The position numbers and the translations under genes are program-made. Below the pieces are notes generated by a model. It was not told the DNA's origin, made no database searches, and was given only the letters and a program-made list of their open reading frames with translations. A stretch of 48,172 nucleotides of DNA from Betaproteobacteria bacterium (GTDB taxonomy: Bacteria; Pseudomonadota; Gammaproteobacteria; Burkholderiales; JAHFRG01): contig JAHFRG010000002.1 in NCBI GenBank assembly GCA_023258935.1, positions 1 to 48,172 of the forward strand. Direction: 5' to 3'. Positions 1 to 9,432 of this stretch are shown here, one piece after another. The number at the start of each line of letters is the position of its first letter. The stretch's first letter is position 1.

Positions 1-249
1 GGGAATGACCAATGCTGCGGCGCTGCGGGCACATATTTTCTTTCTCAGCCACAGATGGCAGGGCTATTGCGGGATGATAAAATCAGAGCATTACAGGAAA
101 GCGGTACAAGCTGGCTTGCGACTTCCAACGTCGGCTGCGCCATGCATCTTGCCGAAGGGGTGCGTGCCGCGGGGCTCGCTGTCAAAATCGTTCACCCCGT
201 GACTTTGCTGGCGCGGCAAATGGGATTTGAAAGCAATGACGCTCGATGA
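1..249 (+). CDS. glcF: GlcF-like glycolate oxidase iron-sulfur subunit, C-terminal fragment (5' end lies outside the window)
   Basis: Frame +1 is open from base 1 to TGA at 247-249. The translation [23 protein letters not shown]...[15 protein letters not shown] has the CCG-domain cysteine pattern (CCGxxGTY ... NxGC) of GlcF/heterodisulfide-reductase-like proteins. Confidence 0.6.
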   Translation, partial: GNDQCCGAAGTYFLSQPQMAGLLRDDKIRALQESGTSWLATSNVGCAMHLAEGVRAAGLAVKIVHPVTLLARQMGFESNDAR

Positions 250-859
250 TTTGATTGTTCGATTCGACAAAGCCTTGCGCACCTTGACTGTGCCCGCGCA
301 CAGCGCGCGCGCCCACCCAGATGAAAATCTGCAGGAAGGGGAGCTGAGCGAAACTGAAACGCGCCTTTCAGCGGCGTTGATGCGGGTCAATCACAGCGGT
401 GAAATCTGCGCGCAGGCGCTGTACGAAGGCCAGGCGCTCACGGCGCGCGACGGTTCGGTGCAGCATGCGCTGCAAAATGCTGCGTCAGAAGAAACCGAGC
501 ATCTCGCGTGGACCGAGCACCGCATCGAAGAATTGGGCGGACGCAAAAGCCTGTTGAATCCCCTGTGGTATGGCAGCTCGTTTGCGTTGGGCGCCCTAGC
601 AGGGCTGCTGGGCGACAAATGGAATCTGGGTTTTCTAGCGGAAACAGAGCATCAGGTGGAACGGCATCTCGAACAACACCTGCAACGGCTGCCGCAGCAG
701 GATTTGAAAAGCCGCGCGATCCTCGAGCAGATGAAAAGCGACGAAGCAAACCATGCCACCACCGCCATCTCCCAGGGTGCCGCCGAACTGCCGCCACCGG
801 TGCAGCTGGCAATGCGACTTGCTTCCAAAGTGATGACCAAAACCGCGTTCTGGTTTTGA
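227..859 (+). CDS. coq7: demethoxyubiquinone hydroxylase Coq7 (di-iron carboxylate family)
   Basis: 210-aa ORF with the repeated ExxH di-iron motifs ([23 protein letters not shown]) and the [15 protein letters not shown] segment typical of bacterial Coq7. The start could be ATG 227 or ATG 236. Either start overlaps the glcF 3' end. Confidence 0.85.
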   Translation: MKAMTLDDLIVRFDKALRTLTVPAHSARAHPDENLQEGELSETETRLSAALMRVNHSGEICAQALYEGQALTARDGSVQHALQNAASEETEHLAWTEHRIEELGGRKSLLNPLWYGSSFALGALAGLLGDKWNLGFLAETEHQVERHLEQHLQRLPQQDLKSRAILEQMKSDEANHATTAISQGAAELPPPVQLAMRLASKVMTKTAFWF

Positions 860-880
860 CCTTATTATTTGCCTGCAGGA

Positions 881-1531
881 CTATTTCGGGACGGAATTCG
901 CTTCACGGATGAGCAAGCCCGTGGTAGAGACGCGTAACTCCAGTTCCGCGGGACGCGTTACCGGGACGAAAGTCGCCGAGCCGTACTCTGCATCGAGCAG
1001 CGGTGCAAGGAACGCGTAGTGGCGACGCAGTACAAAAAGGTCTAGCGGTTTTTCCTGGCTAAGCGAATAAATAGTCCGTGCAGCAGAGCGCTCCTGGTCA
1101 ATGGCATGGTAGCGTCCTTCTACCCGATCGAGTTCATAGGCGGTGTGCAAGCCCAGTATGTTAGCGAGAGGCTTCCACTTGAGAATGTGCGCGTCTATGT
1201 AGATTTCATCTCCGGAGAGCGCGAATGCAGCTTCGCCGCCATCTGAGAAATGAAACGCCGCTTGAAACTGCTGCGGTCCTGCAGGCCGCACCGAGATTCG
1301 CGCCGCAACGTCCTCGCGCGTGAGCGCCTGATAACCCTGTATGCCGAGCGCTATTGTTCCCGCGAGCGCCCCGAGCGCAAGAAAAAGCAGTCCGATTATT
1401 GTGCGAAGAACAAAACGCAGTGGGCGCGCATGCATCAGCGCGCCAATACCAGCGAGAATCAAAATCGCACCGAGTATCCCTAGCACGGCGCCGGCGAGAA
1501 AGAATGGCGAAATTACAAGGTTAGGCGACAT
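881..1531 (-). CDS. hypothetical membrane protein (two N-terminal TM helices plus a soluble domain)
   Basis: 216-aa ORF with hydrophobic stretches VISPFFLAGAVLGILGAILILAGIGAL and IIGLLFLALGALAGTIALGI followed by a non-repetitive soluble domain. I recognised no family. Confidence 0.55.
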   Translation of the reverse strand: MSPNLVISPFFLAGAVLGILGAILILAGIGALMHARPLRFVLRTIIGLLFLALGALAGTIALGIQGYQALTREDVAARISVRPAGPQQFQAAFHFSDGGEAAFALSGDEIYIDAHILKWKPLANILGLHTAYELDRVEGRYHAIDQERSAARTIYSLSQEKPLDLFVLRRHYAFLAPLLDAEYGSATFVPVTRPAELELRVSTTGLLIREANSVPK

Positions 1532-1578
1532 CTTGCTTAATCACCAATTAGGCCAGCAGAAAAATGGAGTTGGTGCAT

Positions 1579-1998
1579 TTAGTTCGCTTCCACGATTTCA
1601 AAATCGTGGGTGATTTTCGCCGTTTTACTTAGCATGATCGAGGCCGAGCAGTATTTTTCTGCCGAGAGGTGAATGGCCTGTTCCACCCGCTGCGGGTTCA
1701 GGCTTTTGCCGCTCACGATGAAATGAAAATGGATGCGGGTAAATACTTTCGGATCCTGCGCAGCGCGCTCGGCGTCGATTTCCACCACGCAGTCGGTAAT
1801 GGACTGGCGGCTTTTTTTAAGAATGAACACCACGTCGTAGGCGGTGCAGCCACCGGTTCCCAGCAGCATGGTCTCCATGGGGCGCGGCCCCAGATTGCGC
1901 CCCCCGCCTTCAGGCGCGCCGTCCATCAGGATGGCATGACCGCTTTCGGACTCTCCGATGAAACTTACCTGTTCAACCCATTTGATTCGCGCCTTCAT
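1579..1998 (-). CDS. OsmC/Ohr-family (YhfA-like) protein
   Basis: 139-aa ORF. The segment GPRPMETMLLGTGGCTAYDVVFILKK plus the C-terminal SAEKYCSASIML matches the two-cysteine OsmC-fold pattern. Confidence 0.8.
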   Translation of the reverse strand: MKARIKWVEQVSFIGESESGHAILMDGAPEGGGRNLGPRPMETMLLGTGGCTAYDVVFILKKSRQSITDCVVEIDAERAAQDPKVFTRIHFHFIVSGKSLNPQRVEQAIHLSAEKYCSASIMLSKTAKITHDFEIVEAN

Positions 1999-2031
1999 GC
2001 TGTGCTTTCTTCGATATAAACCGCGATTATC

Positions 2032-2805
2032 TCAAAATACGCCTTCGACAAGTATCTTGAGCTTATACCACAGCCATCCGCATACTTCATGGATGAAGAG
2101 ATAACTCTCGAACATGCCTTGCGGGTTCGGCAGATATAGTTCCAGAGGATCAGTCGGCAGGGTGGTAAAACCGGTAGGCGCCGGTATGACGGAGAATCCG
2201 GCAGCTTCAAATGCAAGCACTGCCCGGCTCATATGCCATGCGTGAGTGACAAGATAAATGCGGTTGATTCCCGCAGCCTTGAGCATACTGCGGCAATCCG
2301 CTGCGCTTTCAAAAGTAGTATGTGACGCTGACTCTTCCCAGGTTACGGGAATCTTGAATTCATTCACCAGTGCAGATTTCATTTGCGCTGCTTCTGAAAT
2401 GGTGCTCCCCTGCGGTTTGCCTCCTGAAACCAGAATGGGTTTTGCCGTCGCGCGATAAAGACGCGCAGCATAACGCAGGCGCTCCAGCCCCAGGCGATTT
2501 ACGGTGTCCGAGCCGTAATCAGGCGCTTGAAAATAAGTTCCAGCGCCAAGCACCACAATGGCTTGGGCTTCATCCCGGTAGCTTGACTCTTGCAAAGCGG
2601 GGGGTTCGATTAATTTTAATGCCCGCGCCGTAAAATACGGAGTCGATGAAAGGTAAAGCAAACCCAACGCTAACCCTATGAGCAGCTTGCCAATACGCGG
2701 GTGGCGTTTAAGTAATAACAAGCCAGCTGTGCCCAGCAACAATATATTCAACGGCGGCACTAAAAAGCTGCTGAATAATTTAGATTTAAACCATCCCATA
2801 TACAC
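2032..2805 (-). CDS. YdcF/ElyC-like DUF218 membrane-anchored protein
   Basis: 257-aa ORF with N-terminal TM segments and a DUF218-type core (AIVVLGAG...ARLYRATAKPILVSGG...INRIYLVTHAWHMSRA). Confidence 0.8.
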   Translation of the reverse strand: MYMGWFKSKLFSSFLVPPLNILLLGTAGLLLLKRHPRIGKLLIGLALGLLYLSSTPYFTARALKLIEPPALQESSYRDEAQAIVVLGAGTYFQAPDYGSDTVNRLGLERLRYAARLYRATAKPILVSGGKPQGSTISEAAQMKSALVNEFKIPVTWEESASHTTFESAADCRSMLKAAGINRIYLVTHAWHMSRAVLAFEAAGFSVIPAPTGFTTLPTDPLELYLPNPQGMFESYLFIHEVCGWLWYKLKILVEGVF

Positions 2806-2899
2806 ATAACATTTTATTTATAAACGGAAATATAATATTCTTGGGAAACTTGGTTGCATTGCAACAAAAAACTTGTAGAAATGCTAAAAAAAGAGGATA

Positions 2900-2974
2900 A
2901 TGTTTTTGCGTCAAGCGCTTTTCTTAAGCGTTTACGTGATGTCTCTTCCATCCTCCTCCTTTGATGGAAATTAA
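2900..2974 (+). CDS. candidate 24-codon small ORF (MFLRQALFLSVYVMSLPSSSFDGN), speculative
   Basis: ATG at 2900 is preceded by AGAGGA (2892-2897). The stop TAA (2972-2974) runs directly into a strong intrinsic terminator. The ORF lies in the divergent ydcF/rplM intergenic region. It has no recognisable family. Confidence 0.2.
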   Translation: MFLRQALFLSVYVMSLPSSSFDGN

Positions 2975-3010
2975 GCGCAATCTTAGTGATTGCGCTTTTT
3001 TTTGGTTTTT
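2973..3010 (+). terminator. rho-independent terminator (perfect 10-bp stem, 5-nt loop, T-run)
   Basis: AAGCGCAATC (2973-2982), loop TTAGT, GATTGCGCTT (2988-2997), then TTTTTTGGTTTTTT. A T-run follows only on the + strand. Confidence 0.65.
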
Positions 3011-3165
3011 TACTTAGAGCTTCGTTGTTCTTGACATGGGCAAGAATGAAGCCAAAAATTTATTGACGCGGCGCAATAGTTTTTCCCCTTCATTACTTGT
3101 GCATAACAAAGCTCTGGGTGGCCAAATCATCTGGTAATTTCCGCCGGCTGGACTACTGTCCTCGT

Positions 3166-3194
3166 TTGACGCGGTGGTCAATCTAGCATAGAAT
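3166..3194 (+). promoter_or_regulatory. candidate sigma70 promoter of rplM-rpsI
   Basis: TTGACG (3166-3171), a 17-nt spacer, then TAGAAT (3189-3194), about 48 nt upstream of the rplM ATG. Confidence 0.5.
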
Positions 3195-3241
3195 TCGCGA
3201 CTTTCTTTGCTTTAGTGTTATCAATCTATCTGGGCTTCTTC

Positions 3242-3670
3242 ATGAAGACATTTTCAGCCAAACCGCTTGAAGTAAAACGCGGGTGGTATTTGGTGGACGC
3301 CAACGGCAAGGTGTTGGGGCGCCTGGCGAGTGAAATTGCGCGTCGTTTGCGCGGCAAGCACAAACCCGAGTACACCCCGAATGTGGATACGGGCGATTAT
3401 ATCGTGGTGATCAACGCCGACAAATTGCGCGTTACCGGTAATAAGCCAGAAGCTAAAATATATTACCAGCACAGCGGTTATCCCAGCGGGCTTTACAGCA
3501 CTAATTTTGCAAAATTACAAGCGCGTTTTCCGCGGCGTGTTCTGGAGAAAGCCGTGAAAGGCATGCTCCCCAAAGGCCGGCTGGGGTACGCTATGTTGCG
3601 CAAACTCAAGGTGTATAGCGGGGCAAACCATCCGCACACCCCGCAACAACCGCAAAAACTGGAAATATAA
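3242..3670 (+). CDS. rplM: 50S ribosomal protein L13
   Basis: [46 protein letters not shown]... is a canonical L13 sequence. I chose the internal ATG at 3242, which gives 142 aa, over the GTG at 3215. Confidence 0.95.
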   Translation: MKTFSAKPLEVKRGWYLVDANGKVLGRLASEIARRLRGKHKPEYTPNVDTGDYIVVINADKLRVTGNKPEAKIYYQHSGYPSGLYSTNFAKLQARFPRRVLEKAVKGMLPKGRLGYAMLRKLKVYSGANHPHTPQQPQKLEI

Positions 3671-3679
3671 GGACTGACT

Positions 3680-4072
3680 ATGACGGCAAACTACAATTAT
3701 GGTACCGGCCGACGCAAAAGCGCAGTGGCCAGGGTTTTCATGAAACGAGGCAAAGGAGTCATTACCGTCAACGATAAACCGATAGACGAGTTTTTCTCTC
3801 GTGAAACCGGACGCATGATCGTGCGCCAGCCGCTGAAGGTGACCGATCATCTTGCTACTTTTGACATCATGGTGAATGTGCAGGGTGGCGGTGAATCGGG
3901 CCAGGCAGGAGCGGTGCGGCATGGAATTACCCGCGCGTTGGTTGATTATGACGCTACGCTCAAGCCGGCCTTGAGCAAGGCGGGATTAGTTACGCGCGAT
4001 GCGCGTGAAGTGGAGCGCAAAAAAGTGGGACTGCACAAAGCACGGCGGCGCAAACAGTATTCTAAGCGCTAA
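3680..4072 (+). CDS. rpsI: 30S ribosomal protein S9
   Basis: 130-aa ORF with [14 protein letters not shown]... and the C-terminal [14 protein letters not shown]. It lies 9 nt after rplM. Confidence 0.95.
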   Translation: MTANYNYGTGRRKSAVARVFMKRGKGVITVNDKPIDEFFSRETGRMIVRQPLKVTDHLATFDIMVNVQGGGESGQAGAVRHGITRALVDYDATLKPALSKAGLVTRDAREVERKKVGLHKARRRKQYSKR

Positions 4073-4092
4073 GAGCATTTTTTGATTGATTT

Positions 4093-4118
4093 AAAAGCCG
4101 CAGCTAGCGGCTTTTTTA
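4093..4118 (+). terminator. rho-independent terminator after rpsI
   Basis: AAAAGCCGC (4093-4101), loop AGCTA, GCGGCTTTT (4107-4115), then a T-run. Confidence 0.7.
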
Positions 4119-4179
4119 TTGCCTAATTTGCATGAGCTGTTTACCATCATGAGGTTTGCCGCAGATTAAGAAGGTATTT

Positions 4180-5208
4180 ATGCTGAAAGTCGGAATTGTC
4201 GGGGGCACCGGATACACTGGGGTTGAGTTGCTGCGCTTGCTCGTGCATCACCCTAAAGTGAGTGTGAGCGTAATCACTTCGCGCAGCGAAGCCGGGGTGG
4301 AAGTAAGCGCACTGTTTCCAAGCTTGCGCGGCATGGTTGAGCTGAAATTTGTTGACCCCTCGAATGCAGAGCTGGATTCATGCGATCTAGTGTTTTTTGC
4401 AACTCCCAACGGGATTGCCATGCAACAGGCGAAACCTCTGTTGGATGCCGGGGTGCGGGTGATAGATTTAGCCGCTGATTTCCGCCTCAAGGATGCTGCG
4501 ACTTGGGAAAAATGGTATGGTATGCCACATGCAAATCCGCAATTACTAAGCGAGGCGGTATATGGATTGCCGGAAATCAACCGCGATAAAATTAGGCAAG
4601 CGCAGTTGGTCGCGAACCCTGGATGTTATCCAACCGCGGTGCAGCTTGGTTTTTTGCCACTCATCGAAGCAGGGGTGGTGGATGAAGGGCACCTGATAGC
4701 TGATGCCAAATCCGGAGTCTCCGGCGCCGGGCGCAAAGCGGAAATTGACACGCTATTTGGCGAAGCGTCAGACAATTTCAAAGCCTACAATGTAAGCGGC
4801 CACCGTCATTGGCCCGAAATTAGACAGGGCTTGGCTGACGTTGCCGGCAAGGAGGTGGGGCTCATATTTGTGCCGCACCTTACTCCTATGATCCGCGGCA
4901 TACACGCGACGCTTTATGCGCGCTTCACGCGCGAAGTCGAGGTGCAGGAGTTGTTTGAAAAACGCTACGCGGGGGAAGAGTTTGTGGATGTGCTGCCCCC
5001 GGGCAGCCATCCGGATACGCGCTCGGTGCGCGGAGCGAATTTTTGCCGCATTGCCGTGCACCGCCCGCAAAACGGAGATACTGTAGTAGTGCTGTCGGTC
5101 ATTGATAATCTGGTCAAAGGAGCGGCGGGACAAGCAGTGCAAAACATGAACATCATGTTTGAATTTCCCGAATCGGCGGGTTTGCATCATGCCGCGCTGC
5201 TCCCCTAA
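4180..5208 (+). CDS. argC: N-acetyl-gamma-glutamyl-phosphate reductase
   Basis: [21 protein letters not shown] (NAD-binding N-terminus), the active-site segment ANPGCYPTA and the C-terminal [18 protein letters not shown] preferred the ATG at 4180 to the upstream non-ATG start at 4156. Confidence 0.92.
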   Translation: MLKVGIVGGTGYTGVELLRLLVHHPKVSVSVITSRSEAGVEVSALFPSLRGMVELKFVDPSNAELDSCDLVFFATPNGIAMQQAKPLLDAGVRVIDLAADFRLKDAATWEKWYGMPHANPQLLSEAVYGLPEINRDKIRQAQLVANPGCYPTAVQLGFLPLIEAGVVDEGHLIADAKSGVSGAGRKAEIDTLFGEASDNFKAYNVSGHRHWPEIRQGLADVAGKEVGLIFVPHLTPMIRGIHATLYARFTREVEVQELFEKRYAGEEFVDVLPPGSHPDTRSVRGANFCRIAVHRPQNGDTVVVLSVIDNLVKGAAGQAVQNMNIMFEFPESAGLHHAALLP

Positions 5209-5210
5209 CT

Positions 5211-5954
5211 ATGATTATGATTAAGGCGCTGAGAAGTAAATTCGGCATTGCCGCACGGAGAGTGGCGGTGCGCACGCAAGTCGCCTGGTATTGGCGCTGG
5301 TTGGTCATAATAATGATGATCACGATGGTAATGGCACTGGCATGGTGGATGTACGATAGCGGCAGAAAATTCGCCGGGTTTGACAGCGGTCAAGCCGAGC
5401 GCGAAATGGCGCGTCAGGCTGAACTCAATGCGCGCCTGCAAGCTGAAAACTCGCTTCTGCGCCATGAATTTGCCGCTAGCGAGCGCCAACTTCAAATTGA
5501 GCGTTCTACCTATGGGGATTTGGCAAAACAGGTAAAAGACTTAAGTGACGAGAACACCAGCCTCAAGGAAGATCTGGCTTTTTTTCAGAGCCTGCTTTCG
5601 GCTGGTAGCAAGGAAGCAGTGAGCATTTACCGGTTCAATGTCGAGCCCGATGCTTTGCCAGGGGAATACCGCTATCGCCTGCTGCTGCTGCAGATGGGTC
5701 CGAGACAAAAGGAATTTCAGGGTAAATTGCAATTTGTCATTGACGTCCTGCAAAACGGCCAAAAAAGTTTGATAACAATCCCTGGTGAAAACGGCCCCGA
5801 TCTTCAGGCGTATAATGTTAATTTTAAATATTACCAGCGAGTTGAAGGTAGTTTTCGGGTTGAGCCGGGCGCGGTAGCAAAAAGCGTACAGGTGCGTGTG
5901 TTTGAAAATGGCGCAAGCGAGGCGAAACTCACGCAGACCGTTAACCTGTCTTGA
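5211..5954 (+). CDS. hypothetical bitopic membrane protein with a coiled-coil region
   Basis: 247-aa ORF with a basic N-terminal tail and one TM (WYWRWLVIIMMITMVMALAWWMY). A heptad-like segment follows (ELNARLQAENSLLRHEFAASERQLQIERSTYGDLAKQVKDLSDENTSLKEDLAFFQSLL), then a beta-rich C-terminal domain. The start is 2 nt after the argC stop. Confidence 0.6.
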   Translation: MIMIKALRSKFGIAARRVAVRTQVAWYWRWLVIIMMITMVMALAWWMYDSGRKFAGFDSGQAEREMARQAELNARLQAENSLLRHEFAASERQLQIERSTYGDLAKQVKDLSDENTSLKEDLAFFQSLLSAGSKEAVSIYRFNVEPDALPGEYRYRLLLLQMGPRQKEFQGKLQFVIDVLQNGQKSLITIPGENGPDLQAYNVNFKYYQRVEGSFRVEPGAVAKSVQVRVFENGASEAKLTQTVNLS

Positions 5955-5968
5955 ATGGAGGATGACGC

Positions 5969-6376
5969 ATGTTTGGTAAAAGGCCAAGTAAACCGCAAAA
6001 CCGCATCGATTGCCTGATAGGTGCGGGCACAAGCATCGAAGGCAATGTGAATTTTACCGGAGGACTGCGCGTCGACGGGCATATCCGCGGAAACGTTGTT
6101 GCGAATAGTGAAGCCCCGAGTACCCTGGTGCTGAGCGAGCAGGCGCGCATAGAGGGCGAGGTTCGGGTTTCTCACGTGGTGATCAACGGCAGCGTGATTG
6201 GCCCGGTGCACGCCAGCGATTACATTGAGTTACAGGCGAAGTCAAATGTTACCGGCGATGTTTACTATAAAACCCTGGAAATCCAGTTGGGGGCAGTAGT
6301 GCAGGGCAGGCTGGTTTATCAGGACAGCGAGAATGCCGATAAAGTCCTTGTGTTCAAGCCGGCAAGCAGCGATTGA
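5969..6376 (+). CDS. bactofilin (CcmA-like polymer-forming cytoskeletal protein)
   Basis: 135-aa ORF with the repetitive beta-helix pattern IEGNVNFTGGLRVDGHIRGNV...ARIEGEVRVSHVVINGSVIGPV...SNVTGDVYYKTLEIQLGAVVQGRL. A GGAGG Shine-Dalgarno sequence lies upstream. Confidence 0.85.
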   Translation: MFGKRPSKPQNRIDCLIGAGTSIEGNVNFTGGLRVDGHIRGNVVANSEAPSTLVLSEQARIEGEVRVSHVVINGSVIGPVHASDYIELQAKSNVTGDVYYKTLEIQLGAVVQGRLVYQDSENADKVLVFKPASSD

Positions 6377-6440
6377 CCCCGACGGGAACGACCGAGGATA
6401 ATGTGTGTCTTAAGGTAATGTTAACGCTTAGGAGTGCAAA

Positions 6441-6791
6441 ATGAACACCATGACTGAAATCCCGGTGCCCCTGATTTTTACCGAGAGCGCAGCGAGCAAA
6501 GTCAAACAGTTGATTGACGAGGAAGGCAACCCCGATCTGAAGTTGCGCGTATTCGTGTCGGGGGGCGGCTGCTCCGGTTTCCAGTACGGTTTTACTTTTG
6601 ATGAAGTGGTAAACGAAGACGACACGTCACTGGAAAGAAACGGCGTGACGCTGTTGATAGACCCCATGAGCTTCCAGTATCTGGCGGGAGCGGAAATTGA
6701 CTACCAGGAAGGTGCGGAAGGCGCACAATTTGTTATCAAGAACCCCAATGCCACTTCCACTTGCGGTTGTGGTTCTTCTTTCACTGCTTAA
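6441..6791 (+). CDS. erpA: iron-sulfur cluster insertion protein ErpA (A-type carrier)
   Basis: 116-aa ORF with [20 protein letters not shown] and the C-terminal CGCGSSF cysteine triad typical of the IscA/ErpA family. Confidence 0.9.
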   Translation: MNTMTEIPVPLIFTESAASKVKQLIDEEGNPDLKLRVFVSGGGCSGFQYGFTFDEVVNEDDTSLERNGVTLLIDPMSFQYLAGAEIDYQEGAEGAQFVIKNPNATSTCGCGSSFTA

Positions 6792-6794
6792 CTT

Positions 6795-7892
6795 TTATTT
6801 CTTGTAAATTGCTCCCAGTATGCGCTCGCCTTTGGCGCCGGTTGTTTGCGACAGATTCCCCGGTTTCCCCTCGATCGTCTGCCAGGCCAGCCAGGCGAAC
6901 GCGTAGGCCTCAAGCGTTTGCGGATTGATTCCCAGCGCATCGGTAACATCGGTTTCAATTCCCGGCAAGGCTTGGCGCAACTTCTCAACCAGTGTCTTGT
7001 TGCGCGCGCCGCCGCCGCACAAATAAATATCCTCAGCGCCTGGGCAGTATTCTGAAACTGCTTGCGCGATACTTTGCACAGTCAACGCCAATAGCGTGGC
7101 CTGCACGTCGCGAGATGCTTCTTTTCCTGACAAAAAACCGTTCAGCCACCGCAGATTGAATTGTTCACGCCCGCAGCTTTTTGGTGGTGACTGCCTGAAA
7201 AAAGGATGGGTAAGCAAGTGTTTCAATAATTCGGGAATGATTCTCCCGCTTGCTGCCCACGCGCCATCTACATCGAAACGCTGCCCGGTTTGGGTTTCGC
7301 ACCAGGCATCCAACAGCATGTTGCCAGGACCGCAGTCAAAGCCGAAATAGGTGCCTTTGGGCGGCAAGTTGGTGAGATTGCTGATGCCCCCGATATTCAC
7401 GATTACCCGGTGCGTATTCCGCTTGGGAAAAAGCGCGTAGTGAAACGCAGGCACCAGCGGCGCGCCGTTCCCTCCTGCTGCGATGTCGCGGCTGCGGAAA
7501 TCACACACCACGCTGATTCCGCACAACTCGGTGAGCAGGGCAGCGTTGCAAAGTTGCAGGCTGTAGCCTTGTTGCGGATTGTGGCGCACTGTCTGCCCAT
7601 GACAGCCGATAGCGACTATTTGTTCCGGCTTGGCGCGCGCCTGCGCCAGCAATTCATTGGCTACCGCGGCATAGCAACGCGCAAGCTCGTTTGCGGCAAG
7701 CATCGCATGGTGCAATTCATTCTCGTTAGGATGCTGCAGCAACAACAGTTGCTTGCGTAATGCTTCGCTATAAGGCCGGTAAACATGATGACGCAGTCGC
7801 CATGGGCTATGGCTGAAGTCTGCGAGCACCGCGTCCACGCCATCGAGACTGGTGCCGGACATGAGCCCGACATAGAGTTGCAGAGCTTTCAA
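6795..7892 (-). CDS. anmK: anhydro-N-acetylmuramic acid kinase
   Basis: 365-aa ORF with the N-terminal GLMSGTSLDGVDAVL, then NIGGISN and CGGGARN motifs. The start is TTG at 7892. Confidence 0.9.
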   Translation of the reverse strand: MKALQLYVGLMSGTSLDGVDAVLADFSHSPWRLRHHVYRPYSEALRKQLLLLQHPNENELHHAMLAANELARCYAAVANELLAQARAKPEQIVAIGCHGQTVRHNPQQGYSLQLCNAALLTELCGISVVCDFRSRDIAAGGNGAPLVPAFHYALFPKRNTHRVIVNIGGISNLTNLPPKGTYFGFDCGPGNMLLDAWCETQTGQRFDVDGAWAASGRIIPELLKHLLTHPFFRQSPPKSCGREQFNLRWLNGFLSGKEASRDVQATLLALTVQSIAQAVSEYCPGAEDIYLCGGGARNKTLVEKLRQALPGIETDVTDALGINPQTLEAYAFAWLAWQTIEGKPGNLSQTTGAKGERILGAIYKK

Positions 7893-7919
7893 GGGCAGGG
7901 AAACCTAACTGAGCGAAGC

Positions 7920-8174
7920 TTAATCGAGCTTGGCGAAATGGGCGCCACGTGCCAACGCGAGCTGGGAGATCAAAGGCTCGATCACGGTGTAGAACACCGG
8001 CTTAAGCTGCGGCGTGATCGGTGGCCCTTCCGGAACGGCTGCGTGCGAGCGCCGCCTGAATTGGGGCATGAGCCGCATTGCCTTTTGCGCTAGAATTACG
8101 TCTTTAGTGTCTATCATTAGTTTTTTTAAAGACTCGTAAGCCACGCAGTGTAACAAAAAACCAGGTAATGGCAA
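7920..8174 (-). CDS. hypothetical small protein (the start could be the internal ATG at 8117)
   Basis: 84-aa ORF immediately upstream of anmK on the same strand. Third codon positions in its 3' part are mostly G/C, as in neighbouring genes. I recognised no motif. Confidence 0.3.
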   Translation of the reverse strand: MPLPGFLLHCVAYESLKKLMIDTKDVILAQKAMRLMPQFRRRSHAAVPEGPPITPQLKPVFYTVIEPLISQLALARGAHFAKLD

Positions 8175-8220
8175 AACGATCCCACAAAAATTTCCGCAAC
8201 ACTACAAGATTGAGAGTGGA

Positions 8221-9420
8221 ATGAGCTCAACAGCACATGCCCTGCAAATCATCAAACGCGGCTGCGATGAGTTGCTGGTCGAAGAGGAACTGCAACAAAA
8301 ACTAAAGACCGGAAGACCTCTGCGGGTTAAAGCCGGTTTTGATCCGACTGCGCCTGACTTGCATCTTGGCCATACTGTGTTGCTCAACAAAATGCGCCAG
8401 TTGCAGGACCTCGGGCATCACGCATTATTCCTGATTGGCGATTTCACCGGAATGATCGGTGATCCCAGCGGCAAGAACGCTACCCGACCGCCGCTTTCGC
8501 GCAAGGAAATCGCTGAAAACGCAAAAACCTATACCGGTCAGGTATTCAAAATCCTGAAAAAGGAACAAACCGAAGTGGTGTTTAACTCGAGCTGGATGGA
8601 TAAATTCAGCTCAGCCGACATGATCAGGCTGGCGGCAACCTACACCGTGGCGCGCATGCTGGAGCGCGATGATTTCGGCAAGCGCTATAAAAGCAATCAA
8701 GCTATCGCCATCCACGAATTTCTCTATCCACTGGTGCAGGGTTACGACTCGGTAGCGCTTAAAGCCGACCTGGAACTGGGTGGCACCGACCAGAAGTTCA
8801 ATCTGTTGATGGGTCGCGAGATGCAAAAGCATTTTGGGCAAGTGCCGCAGTGCGTACTAACCATGCCGCTTTTGGAAGGACTGGACGGCATTAACAAGAT
8901 GTCCAAGTCGCTGGGCAACTACGTGGGCATTACCGAGCCGCCGCAGGAAATCTTCGGCAAGCTGATGTCGGTTTCCGACGAGTTGATGTGGCGCTACATC
9001 GATTTGCTGTCTTTCGAGCCGCTCGATGAAATAGCGCACTGGAAAAAGGAAGTGCAGGATGGCCGCAATCCACGTGACATCAAAGTTATTTTTGCCCAGG
9101 AAATCGTGACCCGGTTTCACGGTAAAAAAGCCGCAGATAAGGCGCTCACCGATTTTGAGGCGCGTTTCAAGCAGGGCGCCCTGCCCGATGACATGCCGGA
9201 TATCACATTGCATGCGGGGGATTCCGGCATGGGGATTGCGCAGATGTTGAAGCAGGCAGGGTTGACAGCAAGCACCTCGGAAGCCCTGCGCATGTTGGAA
9301 CAGGGTGGAGTAAAGCTGGACGGCGAAAAAGTCAGCGATAAATCACTCAAATTAAGCAGAGGAAAGACTGTTGTGGTGCAGGTCGGCAAACGCAAATTTG
9401 CCAGAATCAAGCTAGTCTGA
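8221..9420 (+). CDS. tyrS: tyrosine--tRNA ligase
   Basis: 399-aa ORF with class I signatures HLGH (DLHLGHTV) and KMSKS, plus a C-terminal S4-like domain. Confidence 0.95.
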   Translation: MSSTAHALQIIKRGCDELLVEEELQQKLKTGRPLRVKAGFDPTAPDLHLGHTVLLNKMRQLQDLGHHALFLIGDFTGMIGDPSGKNATRPPLSRKEIAENAKTYTGQVFKILKKEQTEVVFNSSWMDKFSSADMIRLAATYTVARMLERDDFGKRYKSNQAIAIHEFLYPLVQGYDSVALKADLELGGTDQKFNLLMGREMQKHFGQVPQCVLTMPLLEGLDGINKMSKSLGNYVGITEPPQEIFGKLMSVSDELMWRYIDLLSFEPLDEIAHWKKEVQDGRNPRDIKVIFAQEIVTRFHGKKAADKALTDFEARFKQGALPDDMPDITLHAGDSGMGIAQMLKQAGLTASTSEALRMLEQGGVKLDGEKVSDKSLKLSRGKTVVVQVGKRKFARIKLV

Positions 9421-9432
9421 AGCAACCCGTAT

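Noticed and set aside
3215-3241. N-terminal extensions offered by the ORF track: rplM from 3215, argC from 4156, murD from 26810, ftsZ from 36220, argJ from 43923, and the DUF815 gene from 45163
   Set aside because: In each case an internal ATG gives the canonical conserved N-terminus. The longer forms overlap the upstream gene or lack a Shine-Dalgarno sequence.
6789-6797. Convergent erpA and anmK stop codons only 3 nt apart with no terminator
   Set aside because: Tight convergent packing is common and there is no additional structure to interpret.
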